DNA of 64,000 nt from the human T2T-CHM13v2.0 reference genome, Homo sapiens: the NCBI RefSeq assembly GCF_009914755.1, contig NC_060936.1; one strand, given 5' to 3'. The translations under genes were made by a program, and so were the position numbers. This document shows positions 14,088 through 27,860 of this stretch, piece by piece. Each line of letters starts with the position of its first letter. The first letter of the stretch is position 1. The notes below the pieces were generated by a model that was not told the DNA's origin, did no database searches, and was given only the letters and a program-made list of their open reading frames with translations.

Positions 14088-16664
14088 TGCACCTAATCTA
14101 TTAATACATTTTAACTAATGTGCTTAAATGATAGCCTCATGATCTAATACCAACAACAACAGAAAGCCTTCTAGTGCCTCAGAATTGGATTTTTCTCAAG
14201 TAATTGATTACCTTGTGGGAAAAAAGAAATGAAAAGTGGGCACTCTCCTGAGAACCCTACTGATTAAGAGATGAGGGCCTTGCAATTGAAACCAGTCTCC
14301 TTTTGCAAATGAGGCTGGATTTCATCTCCATGGCCTCTGGCCCTCTCTGTCATCCCTTTAAATGTCACAACTGCCTGAATCACTCAATATGTTTTGCATA
14401 GGTCAAGATTTTTCCCCAGCTCAGCTGAGGAGGGATAAAGTCTTGGGCACTAAGGATTCATCATCTTTATAGATGTTGAATGTACCCATGTTGGAAAGAA
14501 GAGCCATAAAGAAATGCTTTTAGAGAAGGGTGCCTGAAATCCTTTAATCCCAGGAATTTAGTCCTGAGAAATATTTTGAATGCCATCCTGGGCCTCCTTT
14601 TAGGGGCTTCAGAGAAGGGACACTACTGAATGGTTAGTAAAAATCACTTGTCAATGGTTGTGTGACTGCTGTATGATTATTACTTTCTGTTTTTTATTGG
14701 GCTTAAATGTCATCAGGTATGCACAGCTCATGCTGCAGATGCTGATGGGACATCAATCTAGATTATTGGATGGGAGATTGAGCAGCAATCCTGCTGCTTA
14801 GCTAACAGATGTGTATGGCTGACTTCACAGAATGTTTCATGTCTAACATGTGTTTCTATAGGAAAGTTATTCTTGAATCTTTTCCTATTCCCCTCTCAAA
14901 CTTTAATTGATGTGTTGTGTTTAAATCATACTCTAAGTTTTGTTTGCTGAGTTAACTCTCACAGGATATCTATTCTGAACAGAGTTAGCAGGGATAAGAG
15001 GCGAGTGCTTTGCCTTGAGAATTAATCTGAGAACCCAAACAGAATCTTTTCCAGAGGCAAGAAAATTGACAGAAAATGATGGGTGAGACACAGCTTACTA
15101 TCAGAGTAATCATCTTTAGTTGTGGGAGGGGAGGTGGAGGATGAGAACGATCACCATTAAATAAAGCAGGTATCATGGAGAATGCATTTCTGGGAGCACA
15201 TTTTGATGGAGATGCCTCATCAACAGCCACATCTCTCAGCAGCTTTGCAAGATCATTCTGCAAATGGCCATTACGGTCCGGATTTCATCGTTTCACATTT
15301 GCACCTTGCAGCTTTTAAGGGCCATTAGAACCTAAATATTGCCCCATCAGAGCTCAACCTAAAAGGGGTGATTGCCAGCAGCCAGATAGATCGTGGAATC
15401 TCAGCCTTTGACAGTTCTTAATAGGTAAATACTTTTGTTTGTGAGAGAAAATGATGATCTAGAAATGTCGATAGTCTAAAGCTCTGACTGCATCCCCGAG
15501 CAGTTGGAAATTTGACATTGACTCCTATAACAGTCTTATGATACCATCACTTTCCCAGGGGATGAGTTTGAATATCAGAGACCTTGTCTTTTGAAAATTT
15601 TGCGTAATATGAGGCATTAAAATTAAGGCTGGTGTTTACTGTTCAGTTCTTACATAGATATTTCCAGATTCACAGCAAGATATTATTTCCCTTAGAAATG
15701 CTTTCTGTCCCTGCCAGTTACTGAATGCAATCAGATAGCTTTTGCGTGGGCTAGCATACCAATTAGAGGCCTTGTCTAGGTTATATGTGATGCATTCCCT
15801 TCTAAACTCAATGGCTTGTCTGCAGAAAAACACATATAGAGAAGACAAAGCCCAATTCCCAAATCCCTTGAAACTATTTTTGTTCTTAAAATTATATGTA
15901 TGTATGTAATATTATATACATGTATATATATAAATTTTAACAATATGTGTATATATATATATTCAAGGTAGAAAGAAAAATAGCCATAAAGCATGGCAAA
16001 TAAAAGAAGATTCATGAGGAAAAAAATCTGACAAAAATATTTAATTAGAATGCAATGGCCCGGCCCTATTATCTTGTATTATTATACATCTTGTCATTAA
16101 CCAAATCTGTAGCTAAACTGTGAGCATTTGTCTTCATTATATAGTAAAATGGTATAATGAGCAGGTTCCAAACAATGAATAAATGCTCTGAAATGATCAC
16201 AAGTCTGAAGAATGAGAAACATTTTCATTTCCATTCAGTGTGGTCTGGCAGCTGGAGCTTAGCCTTGCTTTAAAAGGCAATGCAAAAGGAATTCATCTAT
16301 GTTTACAATTGTGGATAGATACATAAAATCAAGGTGTCTTGTAGTGTGACGTCCTATAAACTTGGCATCTACTAACTTGATCTCTGCCGTGAACTCACCA
16401 CGAGGCCTTTCCAAATTACAGTTTCCTCATCTGTCAAATGTGATGAATTTCTGTCATCTCAAAGGTCCCTTCTGGTGCTAATATGCTGTGTTCAAGAAAA
16501 TGATATGAATTGTTAATTCTTATTTGGGGTCTAGTTTAACTGATATGCAGAAAGCCATTTTTCATTCATTCATTTGTTCATTCACTAAGGGTTCATTGAA
16601 GTATTCATAGAATGCCAGGTACAAGTGTTAATGGTCCAGAGATAAAAATTCTGCTCTTAAGCTA

Positions 16665-16815
16665 GTTCTGTGATTCCACATCCTAGCTGCACATTGGATC
16701 AGCTGAGGAAACATTTTAAAACTCTGATGCCTGGCCCCTGGCCCCAGAGAGTCTAACTAAATAGTTTGCAATAAGGCCCCATTCTAAAGTGCTTCCTGGT
16801 TTGAGAAACTTCTGA
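16665..16815. mobile_element. MER5A-like hAT MITE
   Basis: ctagctgcacattggatca...ctgatgcctggccc...cccagagagtct...tttgagaaacttctgatctag. Confidence 0.65.
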
Positions 16816-16891
16816 TCTAGTGGAAGATACAAAAATCATAGTATGTTCTACTGTAGTGAAATGTGGCTTTTCTTAAAGGAACACCTTGCAC

Positions 16892-16989
16892 CCTTTGCCT
16901 GCAGGATCCTTATTGGACCATGTCTGCCAACTCCTTGATAGTTTCTCTGATTTCACTCCTCATTCCTACACTGGCAGATGTATTGCTTC
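16892..16989 (+). repeat. Local dispersed duplication 1, copy A (pairs with 18799-18904)
   Basis: cctttgcctgcaggatccttattggacca...ctggcagatgtattgcttc aligns to 18799-18904 at roughly 90% plus one 8-nt indel. Confidence 0.92.
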
Positions 16990-17267
16990 TACATATATAT
17001 ATGCACACAAAGAGCATTGCACTCAATGAGAGAAATAGAAGGATACAAAGGAAGCTCTTCTGCAAGAAGCAGCACTGAGATCAATTTTAGAAGATGAGCA
17101 AGAGTGGAGCTGGCTGAGAGGGAAAGCAAAATATCCCAGGAAGAGAGTGCAGCATACACAGGTGCAGTGACGTAAGATAGGATGGGAAAGTTCAGAATCT
17201 CGAGAAGGTCAGCCTGGCCAGAGCACAGAGAAAACAGCTCGCAAGACCAAGTTTAGGAACAAAACAC

Positions 17268-17720
17268 TATGGCAGAGACTGCTAATGGTTTCCCATTATC
17301 CCCGAGTTTTGGAAGGGGGTGTGTATAGACACCCAACTAACAACCACATTCCCCAGCTCCCTGGCAACTAGGTATTGCCATGTAACTAAGTTCTGGCCGA
17401 TCAGGTTGTGAATAGAAATTAAGCGAGCAACTTCTAGGTCTCATCTCCAGGAGAAAACTGCCTGCCTCCATTTCTTCTTTCTCCCTTCCCATGAGCTGAA
17501 ATACAAAAATGATGCTGGTGACTCAGCTTCAATCATGCTGGTGAACAGCATGAGAGGAATGAGAGGTCAAAAAAACAGGAGAAATCCCTTCTCAGAATGA
17601 TACCTGGATCACCCACCTGCTCTGACTTATACCCCAAGAAAGAAATAAAACTTTGACCTGCTCGAGCAACTGTTTAATACTCCTTGTCACAGCAGTATAG
17701 ACGGTTCTCTAATTAATACA
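17268..17720 (+). mobile_element. MLT1J-like MaLR solo LTR
   Basis: tatggcagagactgcta...ccatgtaactaagttctggcc...aataaa...ctaattaataca. Confidence 0.75.
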
Positions 17721-18798
17721 CCACTAGAATTAAGTAACCACTAGCAGTTTACTTTCTTAGGAAGAAAACATCACTCTTCTCGGAGGGGTGGCCTGTATAA
17801 ATATCCGCTTTTGTGAAGTTCTGTCATAGAAACATGCAATTTTTAAAAAGTCCTAGTAAAGAAAAAATTTCTCTGAATTACAGTTTTTAGTAAACTACCT
17901 CTGCCCCTCAATACAGTTTGAATGTGTCTCATGTGCCAGTTTTCAAATGTCTCACGATTATAGAGAAAATTTCTTAATTCAATAATTAAGTTTTCTTTTG
18001 ATTGATTAAGGCCTAGTTGTAATTCCAAAGATCTGTATTGTTGGGGTGGGGCTGGAACTGGCCTTTTATTTAATATGCTGGGATATGATTTTAGTGTGCA
18101 ATTCCCAGTCTCTAGGGTAGTACAAGCTCTCAGACACTTTACTGGGTTTTGATAGAGAATATTCAAAGAAGCAATTTCTAAGGGGAACATTTAGGTGATA
18201 TGACTCAGAAGACTACAGAGCTAGCTACAATCTCAGATCCTAAGGGGAAGGAAATTACCAATGGAAACATAACTGTTACTGCAAAAATAGATCTTCCCAA
18301 CAGGACATAAATCAGAAGCGCTGACCAGACGTGACCACGAAAATGCCCCTGGTGGTCCTACGAGACCAGAAGTGTTCAACTTAACATTGTCAAGGCAAAA
18401 CAGCCAAGATAACTGATTTATATGCCAGAGATCTTCCTTCTGCTTCACCATACGTCATGTATAGATCTGCTTGCAAACATTTGGCAACTAGTGAAAGGGG
18501 TCTGGTGTGTTGTGGGGTCTGTCTTCCCAACTGATGTTGGCTTCCACTTTCATTTCTTCAGGGCTGAGTGCCTTCATTCAGTCCTGCCTCAAGACTGTGT
18601 CTCAGCTGGAGATTCTCTCCTTCCCATCACTAAGGCTCCTATTCTTCCAGTCTCCCTGCTGCTGCCTTGGTTAGTGTTCCCCATCAGCTTTCATTTGGGG
18701 CACTGCAGCAGTCGGCTCCTAACTAGTCTTCCATCCTCCCTTGGTCTTCTCCACTCTAATCTCATATCTCGCTGCTCTTTGCAGGAAGCCCCACAATG

Positions 18799-18904
18799 CC
18801 TTTGCCTGCAGGATTCTTATTGGACCACATCTGCCAACTCCTTGATAATTTCTCTGATCTCACTCCTCATTCTTCTTTTCCTACTCTGGCAGATGCATTG
18901 CTTC
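18799..18904 (+). repeat. Local dispersed duplication 1, copy B
   Basis: See 16892-16989. Confidence 0.92.
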
Positions 18905-19248
18905 CCACTGCCTCTGGAAGTGGGTGCACCATTTTCATTGGTGAGGGCAGAGGGAGTAAGGGAGATACTTTAGCCCCTCAGAGCATCTCTAAGTCTGGAT
19001 TTTCTACCCTTCTCTCATTTGCCCCAGCTCCTGGGGAGCCTCAGTCTGCATGGTAGATGCAGCCAAAGAATCCGGTTGCATTTGCTGTCCTTGTAACTGT
19101 GTTCTCACCATTCAAGTTGCTTCTGCTCTCAGAGTAAGAGAGCAGATTGCCTGTGGATGGTTCTTATGAAATAATGAGCAAGAGGCAGTGGACGCTACTT
19201 TCACATGTGATGAGATTCTAAGAAGCATTAATAAGTCTCCTCCCAATA

Positions 19249-19298
19249 TACACACACACACACACACACACTCACTGACATACACACATGCACACACA
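19249..19298 (+). repeat. (CA)n microsatellite
   Basis: Direct inspection. Confidence 0.9.
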
Positions 19299-20557
19299 TC
19301 TCTCATTCCTAAGAACCAAAACATCATTTAAAACACCAAGGGCAGCAATAGAGAACAAAAGAAAATTTAATGGAGTGAGTGGGGGAATGGCAAAAAAGAA
19401 TATGGAAGGCAATGGCTCTCAAAGGCAATTGAAGAGGCCAAGACAAACTTTGAAACCTCAAATACTTCACAGTTTTGTTAAGATCTGGCCCTGGACCCAA
19501 TTGTCTGTGATCTATAGCCAGGGTTGGCTGAGTTTGGGTGGATCAATGACTGCCAAGACTCCTAATATTTGTAATAGCCCAAAACTCTCTTAAAAAGGTA
19601 GGCTTCTTGGTCACTAGTCCTCTTTCTCTGAATCTTTTGAGGAATGAGGAAGCAAGATATTGAAATACAAAGAGCATTGCACTGAGAAAAAGAACATTTG
19701 TCTTTCAGTCCCAGCTTTCCCATTTACTTCCCTGGTGCCCCTGGAAAAGTCACTTGCTGAACCTCATTTTATTCAATGACAAACATGAGCACCTACTTAC
19801 CAAGCTACCAAGAGTCTCAATGAGATAAGGATGTCCAATCACCAGTGTTAAACCAGTACATAGAGGTGTTCACCAGATACTTTATCTCATCTCTCCTATC
19901 AGTTCCAATATGTCAAATGGTAGAAGGATTATGTGCTTTGTCTCTCTCATGGGGCAGCTATGATGTATCATTAAGTAATGTACAGTGAAATACCTTTGTA
20001 CATCATAAAGCACTGTATAATGTAAGTAGGCTATTTTTGTTGCCGCTGCTGCTTTGTTAATTATTGTTATAATTCTTGTAATGATTATTTATGAAGACCT
20101 GAAGTGTAATACACTGCTCTTAAAAACGTTAATGATCCCTAGCCTAAGAAATGCAGATACCAGGTTTGTAGGCAATACATGTCATTGCTGGGGGCTGGCC
20201 TGCCCATATTAGAGACAAGGAAGAAAATTAATGCCAGAGAAAGGCTTGGGAATGCCCCAGGGAGAAGAGTGAATGGAGACTGAGCAGGTTGGGATCTTTG
20301 CTCTTTACTCTACAGTCTCTGGCTCTCTGGATGACAGAAGAAAACTCAGAGCTGTTTTGCTGGAGCAGAGTAATGGTGAGAGTACAATTGGAGTCAGTCT
20401 TATATGGATGGTAGCCACTGCCTGGTGAACTTCTACCCCTACTTCAAATCTCAGCTCAAACACCACCTATTTTAAATAGATTTGATTCCTTCTTCTCTAT
20501 GTTCCTGCAGCACCCCATGATTACCTCTATTAGTGCAGTTATGATACTACATTATAT

Positions 20558-20914
20558 TTCATCCATTCATCCATCCATCCACCTATCCATCCATCTGTTC
20601 ATTCGTCCACTCATCCATCCATATATGTATCCATCCATCAATCCATCTATCTGCCCATTCTTCCATCCATCCGTCCATCCATCCATCCATCCATCCTTTC
20701 ATCTGTTCATCCATTCTTCCATCTATTTATCTATCCATCCATTCATCTACATATCCATCCATCTATCCATCTGTCTGTCCATCTGCCCCTTCTTCCATTC
20801 ATCCATCCATTGATCCATTCATTCATCTGTTCCTCCATTCTTCCATCTATTCATCTATCCATCCATTTATCTACATATCCATCCATCCATCCATCCATCC
20901 ATCCATCCATCCAT
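20558..20914 (+). repeat. Degenerate (TCCA)n tract, probably expanded from an L2 tail
   Basis: ~350 bp of catc/tcca units, followed by a reverse L2 end (tattgaatg...ccaggcactgtgctaagtgctg). Confidence 0.9.
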
Positions 20915-21044
20915 TACTCAATAAATATCTATTGAATGTCTCCCATGGGCCAGGCACTGTGCTAAGTGCTGAGGTTATCACAGTTGGCTCATTCACCTGT
21001 TCACATATTCCTTCCAGGGCCTGGTACATAGTAAACATTCAGGA

Positions 21045-21240
21045 GACAGTACAGTGTAGTGATGAAAAGCATGGCAAGTCCTGCACAAGTTGCTGAAAAC
21101 TTAAACCTAATTTTCCTCAACTGTTACAATAGTACCTACCCCTAATGTTTACTGTAAAAATAAAAGTGAGATACTCATATAAAGCACTTAGCAAGGTACC
21201 TGAGATCCAGTAAGTGCTATATAAATGACAGCTATAATCA
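21045..21240 (+). mobile_element. MIR SINE
   Basis: aatagtacctacc...aaagcacttagca...gtaagtgct. Confidence 0.65.
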
Positions 21241-22129
21241 TAATAAAGCAACTACTTAGGTTTACATTCCTAGACATAGGAGATTGTCCTGTCACAATGG
21301 ATAGAGGGAGCTCATCCTTTCTTTTTCTCTTTTCTCTCATTCCTCCCCCTCTTGCCTCCCATCGCCAGTGCCCTGATGATTACAGACATATACAGCAGCA
21401 TCTTCTGGGACCCTCTTACCCCAAAACTCAGCTGGGGTACAGAATTTACCATGATCTCTGCCAGGCCCTCCAGGTACCAGATGTCCTCTGTCCGATACTA
21501 AGCAACTTTGTACCCTTTCTATTCTCACATGAAAGAATTACAGTGTCCCAGCGGGCAAAACTCATATCCAAGCACAAAACACTTCATTTTAGAAGCAATA
21601 CTGAAACTGTCTGGCTATGAACAATGTCCTTTGTCCCAGGATTAGTGTTTCTTTTTCATAACTGCTGATCAAATTAAGACTACCATGTGAGAAAGTAGAG
21701 GATAACAGAAAAAAGACGACAAAGCACAGAGAATTCTTTTCGCCTCCTTACACGGCCAACTGCATAAGGCTAGAAGCTAAAGTAAAATTGAAAGAAAAGA
21801 GAAAGAAAGACCAAACTGATTAGGTGCTGGTATGCAGTTTAGAAAACCTGTTTAACTGAAGTTTTAAAAAAGTGCTGGGGTGGTTCCTGCTACTGAATTT
21901 GAAAATTTATCTTCTCAAATAAAATTTGCTTTGTCACTCTGCTGCCCTCTGTCCTGTCTCCAAGTCACCCTAATGCTGGGTCAGTAGTCAGAAATGTGCC
22001 TCCTATTTCCATGTCCAGAGTCAGTGTGATGCTCAGCTAGTGACAGTCGCAGTTCCAGGGCCATTAGGAAGAATCTTAACCCAAAACATGGGCTTTTGTT
22101 CAACTACAACTCGGTTTATTTCAGATTCA

Positions 22130-22290
22130 TCCATTTTGAGTTGCGTGGCTTTGGCCAGTGTTGAACTCTGAGCATGTTTCACCATCTGTAGAATGAGTAT
22201 AATACCTACCTCACAATGTAATTATGAGGATTCCGTAAGATACAGTATATTAATTGCCCTGCACATAGTAGGTGCTCCACAAATAATCCT
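22130..22290 (+). mobile_element. MIR SINE
   Basis: catctgtagaatgagtataatacctacctcaca...gcacatagtaggtgctc. Confidence 0.65.
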
Positions 22291-22959
22291 TCCTTTCTCC
22301 TTGATGCCTGAGGCATGTTACTTTTGTTTTTGTTTTGATTCCTGTTAAAATGCAAATATCCATAAAAAGGGTAACTTTTTTTTTCTAGCTGTTAGCAGTC
22401 ATTTGCTCCTGAATAGATTTCAGATTATTTTTTTCCTGAATAAGCACAGGCCTTTATAGAGAAGGTGAAAGGGCAAATGGAATGCATGGGATCCCTGGAG
22501 AAGGTAACTCCTGAGTGTGGAAGAATTACAGAATCAGGAGAGTTGGAGTTTTACGACATCATACCTCCTTTAAAAGCTCATCAATATCTGATCCCTTCCT
22601 TCCTTCCTTCCTTCTTCTTTTCATTCTTTCTCTTTTCCAATTTTGATGTTGCAAATGATGGTGGTAGTATTGTCCAAAGAAATTCATGAGAAGTCCAAAA
22701 AAGTGATCCGTTTCTTAAACACAGAATTAAAAGTGTCCTGGGATTACAAGTAGCTGTGGACAGAGCCATAGCTTACTACCTTGGGTATTTTTTGTATCTC
22801 AACTCTTTGAGCAATTTTCAAGTGCTAAAGAAAGAAACATACATAAACACACATGTGCACACGACACAATGTGTGGCTTCATTTATTGACTTATTATATA
22901 CCAGGTACTAAGTATCTTATGCACATTATAGTTTAATTCTTCAAATTCATGTATAAATT

Positions 22960-23485
22960 GAGTTTACTTCAATTAAAATTTTCAGAAACTGAATTCAAAC
23001 AACCCAATACAAAAAAGGAGAATTTATTGACATATGGAACCCACAACTCCAGAGACGCAGCAGGATCCAGGGACTTAACTCTATCTCCCTCAATCTCCTT
23101 TTGTTTTTCTCTGTTAGGTTCACGCTTCAGCAGGCTCTTTGCAAGGTTTCCAGCAGCTTCAGGTCTAATTCCTATACGCTTAGTAACTCCAGCTCCCAGA
23201 GATCATCTTTCCCAATAATTTCCTAAAACATCTTTAGTAGGACTCTCATTGTCCCACCCTGTGTCACATACAGGACTTTGAAACAGATCCATGGCCAAGG
23301 GGTTAGAATGCTCTGATTGTCCAGTTGTGTAACAGATGTTTCTTCCCAGGAGCCAGAGGTGGGGTTATCCCCCAGAACCTTATGCCTTGAGAGTAGAAAG
23401 TGTGTCCTTCCAAAGATAATTAAAGAGCTGATACCAAAAGAGTGGAAATGGTGCCCAAGCTGGTGAAAACAAGAGATGACCGCTG
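22960..23485 (-). mobile_element. MLT1K/L-like MaLR LTR inserted in a MIR
   Basis: gaatttattgac...ggatccagggact...gctctgattg; MIR resumes at ~23490 (aaatgaagaaactgagg). Confidence 0.55.
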
Positions 23486-24519
23486 CAAAATTCTAAGAGG
23501 TAGATATTATTGTCTTGTTTTATAAATGAAGAAACTGAGGGTTAAAGAGCTTAAGTGATCTACTCAGAATCACAGAGCTGACAAATTACAGAGCCAGGAC
23601 CTGAGCTGACATCTTTGCCAATTTCAAGGTTCCCACTTTTATCCAGTGCTATGCCACACAAACTAGAACTTGACACTGCATGAAGCAGGCATCCTGGTGA
23701 AGTGTTAGAAGAAGGTCTTTAGACTGAGAAAATTCATTTTTGTTTCTTTTTAAAGACAGTCTGAAATGAATGTCTCTCTGTCTCATTTCTTCCTTCTGAA
23801 CAGATAATGTCTCTTCCTATCTTGACAGGCAAAGCCTGGATGCAAATAAATTCTTATTAGTAAATTTGGGGTATATTTATCGCTTCCAGCTTTTTTTATT
23901 TTTATTTTTAAAGAAGTGAGAAATTCTTCTCAGCAATGTCAGCTCTGTTAAACTGAAAAGTCTGGAAACCTGAGTGTGGCAGCCAGGAGTCCGTGGTGGG
24001 GATAGATTTTTTTTTTTTTTTCAAATTCATTTCTACATTTGTGTTAAGGTCAGTGTATTCACTTCACAGTAGGGAAGGATGAATTTTGACATTTTTATAA
24101 GGGTGATTGGTTTGTGTCCATTTGTGAGACTCTACATGGCAAGAGGCCATGGCTAATGGAAGAGGGGAGAAAAACAAAACAAAACAAAACAAAAACCTAT
24201 TTTTGTCAGAAGGCTGCCTATCACCATTTTGGAAGGAGCCCAGAAATATTAAACATGGGTACAGATCTGAGAAGAAGATAGAGACTGTTTGACACACATC
24301 AATTAAAGTACAAAGCGGGAAGCTATTGACGGGAATTTTATTTGAATTATGCATCCTGGCAGCCCTGAAAAAGTTACCCATCTCCCCCAAATTTCCTACC
24401 ACTTACTGATTAACCTTCTGTGTTACTGGTGAGGAAGCATTACAGAGGGGTGAAATTCACAAAAAGGCAGCATGCTGGACCCTCCTCCTGGAACTCTCTT
24501 GCCTGTACATTATAGTCTT

Positions 24520-24815
24520 CATTTGAAGCTCAATTCAAATGAACCATCCTTAGGAAGGTGAGAGGTTTTGTAAGTCCCTACACTAATACTATAAGTTCTG
24601 CCCTTTGGCCTCCACGTAAGGATAATCAAAGAACCTATAAATTCTTACTTTGTGACTTCCTGGCTAAACTCTAAGTTTGATGATACTCAGGGACAGGTGT
24701 ATCTGCTTATCACTCACTACATCACATGTGCTGAGCACAGGATGTGAGATTTATAGTAGGCACTTTCAAATATTTATTGAATGAATGCATGAGTGAATGA
24801 ATGAATGAATGAATG
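24520..24815 (+). mobile_element. L2 3' end with (GAAT)n tail
   Basis: gtaggcactttcaaatatttattgaatgaatg...gaatgaat. Confidence 0.55.
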
Positions 24816-26112
24816 GCTTTTTAATCATTTCAATGTCTGCCTTTTGAGTTGTGGCATAAACACTGATTCCTTTCTTTCTTTTCAAGGATGAGCGAGGCTT
24901 CATTTAAATTGTTATGCTTACAGATTAGTGATAGAGAACCATATCACTAATTTGATAACAGGGAAGCAATTTCCTTTAAAAACAGAATAGTGTTCCTTGG
25001 TGATCCACCACATTTTTCTGTGATGACATCATTGACTGTTTAACCACAGGGAAGCTTTCCTGTGAACTCCAGGACTGCTAACTTCTATAAATTCCTGTGC
25101 ATCAGGCTTTGTTTTAGAAGGTGGAAGACCTTTGTATGAATGTCAACAATGGCTATCCCAACATCATCAAGCTGAGCACTCTAATGACAGTGATTTCAGG
25201 TTTGAGCATTCTGTGACTCCACTGATATTTCCATGGGACCTAGAGATGGAAATCACATGTTCCATTGGCTCCACAGGCAGTTCTTGGAGTCAACACATTG
25301 CATTTCTCAGGGATTCACTAGGATCAAGTGAGCCTAGAAGGGTAACATCTAATACTGCGCTTTCTGTTTGGGGCTTTCACTTGCATACCATTATACAGGG
25401 ACACAATTATTAACTTATGGCTATTCCCAGCTTGGCCCTCTGCAACTCTTTCCCACAAAGTCAGTACTGACTTGTGGGATCAGCTTTTCCCCTCTTCCAT
25501 TCTAATAATTCCCAGAGGGGTTCCTTAAGTTTCTATATTGCACAGTCTGAAACATAGAGCGAAATCTGGGAAGTGTTTATGGCTTTAAAAAGGGGCTAAA
25601 TCAAAGTGTACTCCTCAGAGGAATTGATATTGAGGGACAAAGAGTGTGATGTGTAGAAAGCACCTTCCTGCTTTCTCACATGCCTTACGGTGTGGAATGG
25701 AAGTACAAAGAGAGATGAAATATGCAATGAGGAAATGAATGGGACATTCCTGGAAATGACAAGATACTGAAAAAGTAGATGATGATTAGAGTCGCTAGTA
25801 ACAGTTTCCATGAGTTATGTACAGCAGTGTGTTTTATGCTTTTCAAGAGACATAGGATATTTGGAAATTCTGTTTAGAATGTGTTACTTCGCTTGGGGTG
25901 CTGCAGGTAGGGAATTCACCCGTAATCCGAGATGACAGTGGGATCTACATTGACAACATCCTGTCTGTGCACCCTCTCTCACTCCTCCTTATGAATAAAT
26001 AACTTGCAAACCACATCTTGTGATATAAGATCAGGCTGCTGCTGACTAGCCAAGGGGTCTCCATCTGACTTGGGCCCTAGGAGGTACACTGGGAAGTCCA
26101 TGGTTCTTGTTC

Positions 26113-26390
26113 TTTTTTTCTTCGTTTTTTTTTTTTTTTTCAGGCAGAGTCTTGCTCTGTCACCCAAGCTAGAGTTCAGTGGCATGATCTTGACTCACTG
26201 CAACCTCTGCCTCGCAGGTTTAAGTAATTCTCCTGCCTCAGCCTCCTGAGTAGTTGGGATTACAGGCGCCTGCCACCATGCCTGGTTAAATTTTTTTTTT
26301 TGTGTGTGTGTGTTTTTGGTAGAGAAGGGGTTTCACCACCTTGGCCAGGCTAGTCTCAAACTCCTGACCTCGTGATCCACCCGCCTTGGC
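26113..26390 (-). mobile_element. AluS (Sg-like), 5'-truncated, with (TG)n in the linker
   Basis: Reverse Alu lacking ~45 nt at its 5' end; TSD catggttcttgttctt (26099-26114)/cagggttctcgttctt (26390-26405). Confidence 0.9.
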
Positions 26391-26604
26391 AGGGTTCTCG
26401 TTCTTAAAGGCTGCTTCATAGGAACCTCATGGACTTGCCTCAATAACCCTGTACTTCTCCACCCCAAATCATCACTTAGAATGAAGTGTGTTTCCAGTCT
26501 AGTGTACAGCATGTCTTGTGCCCTTTCCTAAATGTTTCCATTCCAAAATTCAGACGATAGTTAATTTGCACATATATTCTTTACAGGTCTCACCTCACTC
26601 CTGT

Positions 26605-27205
26605 CTTTTTTTTAAAAAAAGACAAAATATTATTTATTTAATAGACAAATAAATATTATGTGTATTTCAGTGCACAATATGATGATTTTATGTATGCTTT
26701 ATGGAATGGTTAAATGAAGTAATTAACATATGCATTACCTCACTTTTTTGTGTGTGTGGCAAGAATACTTAAACTCTACTGTCTTAGCAATTTTCAAGTA
26801 TACAATATGTTGTTATTAAGAATAGTCACCATGTGGTACAATAGATCTCTCGGACTTATTCCTCCTACTTAAATGAAATGTTGTATCTTTGATCAATATC
26901 TCCCCAACACCCCCTCCCCCAGTCCCTGGTAACCACCACTCTACTCTCTGTTTCTGTGAGTTCATCTTTTCTAGATTCCACAACTGAGTGAGATCACAGA
27001 GGTTTTCTTCTGTGATTGGCTAGTTTACTTAGCTTAATGTCTTCCAGTTCATCTGTGTTGTTGTAAATAGCAGGTTTCCTTTTTTAAAAAAGCTGAATAG
27101 TATTCCATTGTGTATGTGTACCACGTTTTTTCCATTGAGCCATTAATGGATACCCAAGTTGATTCCATCTCTTGGCTAATGTGAATAATGCCACAACGAA
27201 CATGG
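26605..27205 (-). mobile_element. L1MA 3' fragment
   Basis: ttagcaattttcaagtatacaata...caatagatctctc...ggtaaccaccactctactctctg...gctgaatagtattccattgtg. Confidence 0.8.
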
Positions 27206-27649
27206 AAGCCCCACTCCTGTCTTCTTCAATGGCACAGCTCTTCCTCCTTTCCCAAATTCTGTTCATTTTCTCCTTCCCTTTTCACCTATAAGCATGGAAT
27301 CTACCATTCCTTGTCTTTCCCAGGAGCCCTGCCTAAGGCAAAGAAGAGCAAATCAGCAGAGAAGCTTCCCTTTCCATGGTTCAGCAACTATCACAGTATG
27401 TCACACATAGTAGATGCCCATTAAGTGTTTATTGAATGAATGGTTCTACTTCAAAGATTTGTGGGACTGAGTTCTCACAGTATCAGGTGGAGTGGAGAAT
27501 TAAGTTATTAAATTAACCCACTTATAAGGTGCTCAACGGAACTGAATAGGGTTTTATTCACTCAGACAATGAGAATCCTGCCTAGGCTACAGGGCAAGGT
27601 CGAAGACCCTGGTATTAACTCTTTGCCTCTTTCAGATGGATGAAGAAGT

Positions 27650-27860
27650 TGGGTTTGGATGACTCAAAGACTGGTTTAAATTCTGGTTCTACCACATCTT
27701 ACCTATGTGACTTTAGGGAGGTGATGCAACCTTACTGATCCTTATTGTCCCCATCTGAAAAATGAAGGCAACAACGCCTTTCTCACAAAGTTATGTGAAA
27801 ATAAAAGGAGATTAGAAGTCACAGAATGTGGCACCTGGTACATATTCAATAAATAGTTAC
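27650..27860 (+). mobile_element. MIR SINE
   Basis: ctatgtgacttt...ccccatctgaaaaatg...ttcaataaatagttact. Confidence 0.6.

Larger units (their letters stand above)
16555..17230 (-). mobile_element. L2 fragment interrupted by MER5A and by a ~100-bp local duplication
   Basis: ttcattcattcatt tail at left; ctgagatcaattttagaagatgag...ccaggaagagag L2-like at right. Confidence 0.5.

Noticed and set aside
18342-18359. CTCF-like CCACCAGGGGCA on the minus strand
   Set aside because: One G short at the critical GGC positions; not supportable without ChIP.
18422-18973. 183-aa ORF sharing a peptide with ORF 16863-17078
   Set aside because: The similarity is explained by the DNA duplication; an 8-nt indel breaks the shared frame.
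24924-24951. 10-bp perfect inverted repeat (attagtgata/tatcactaat)
   Set aside because: About one such AT-rich stem is expected by chance in 64 kb.
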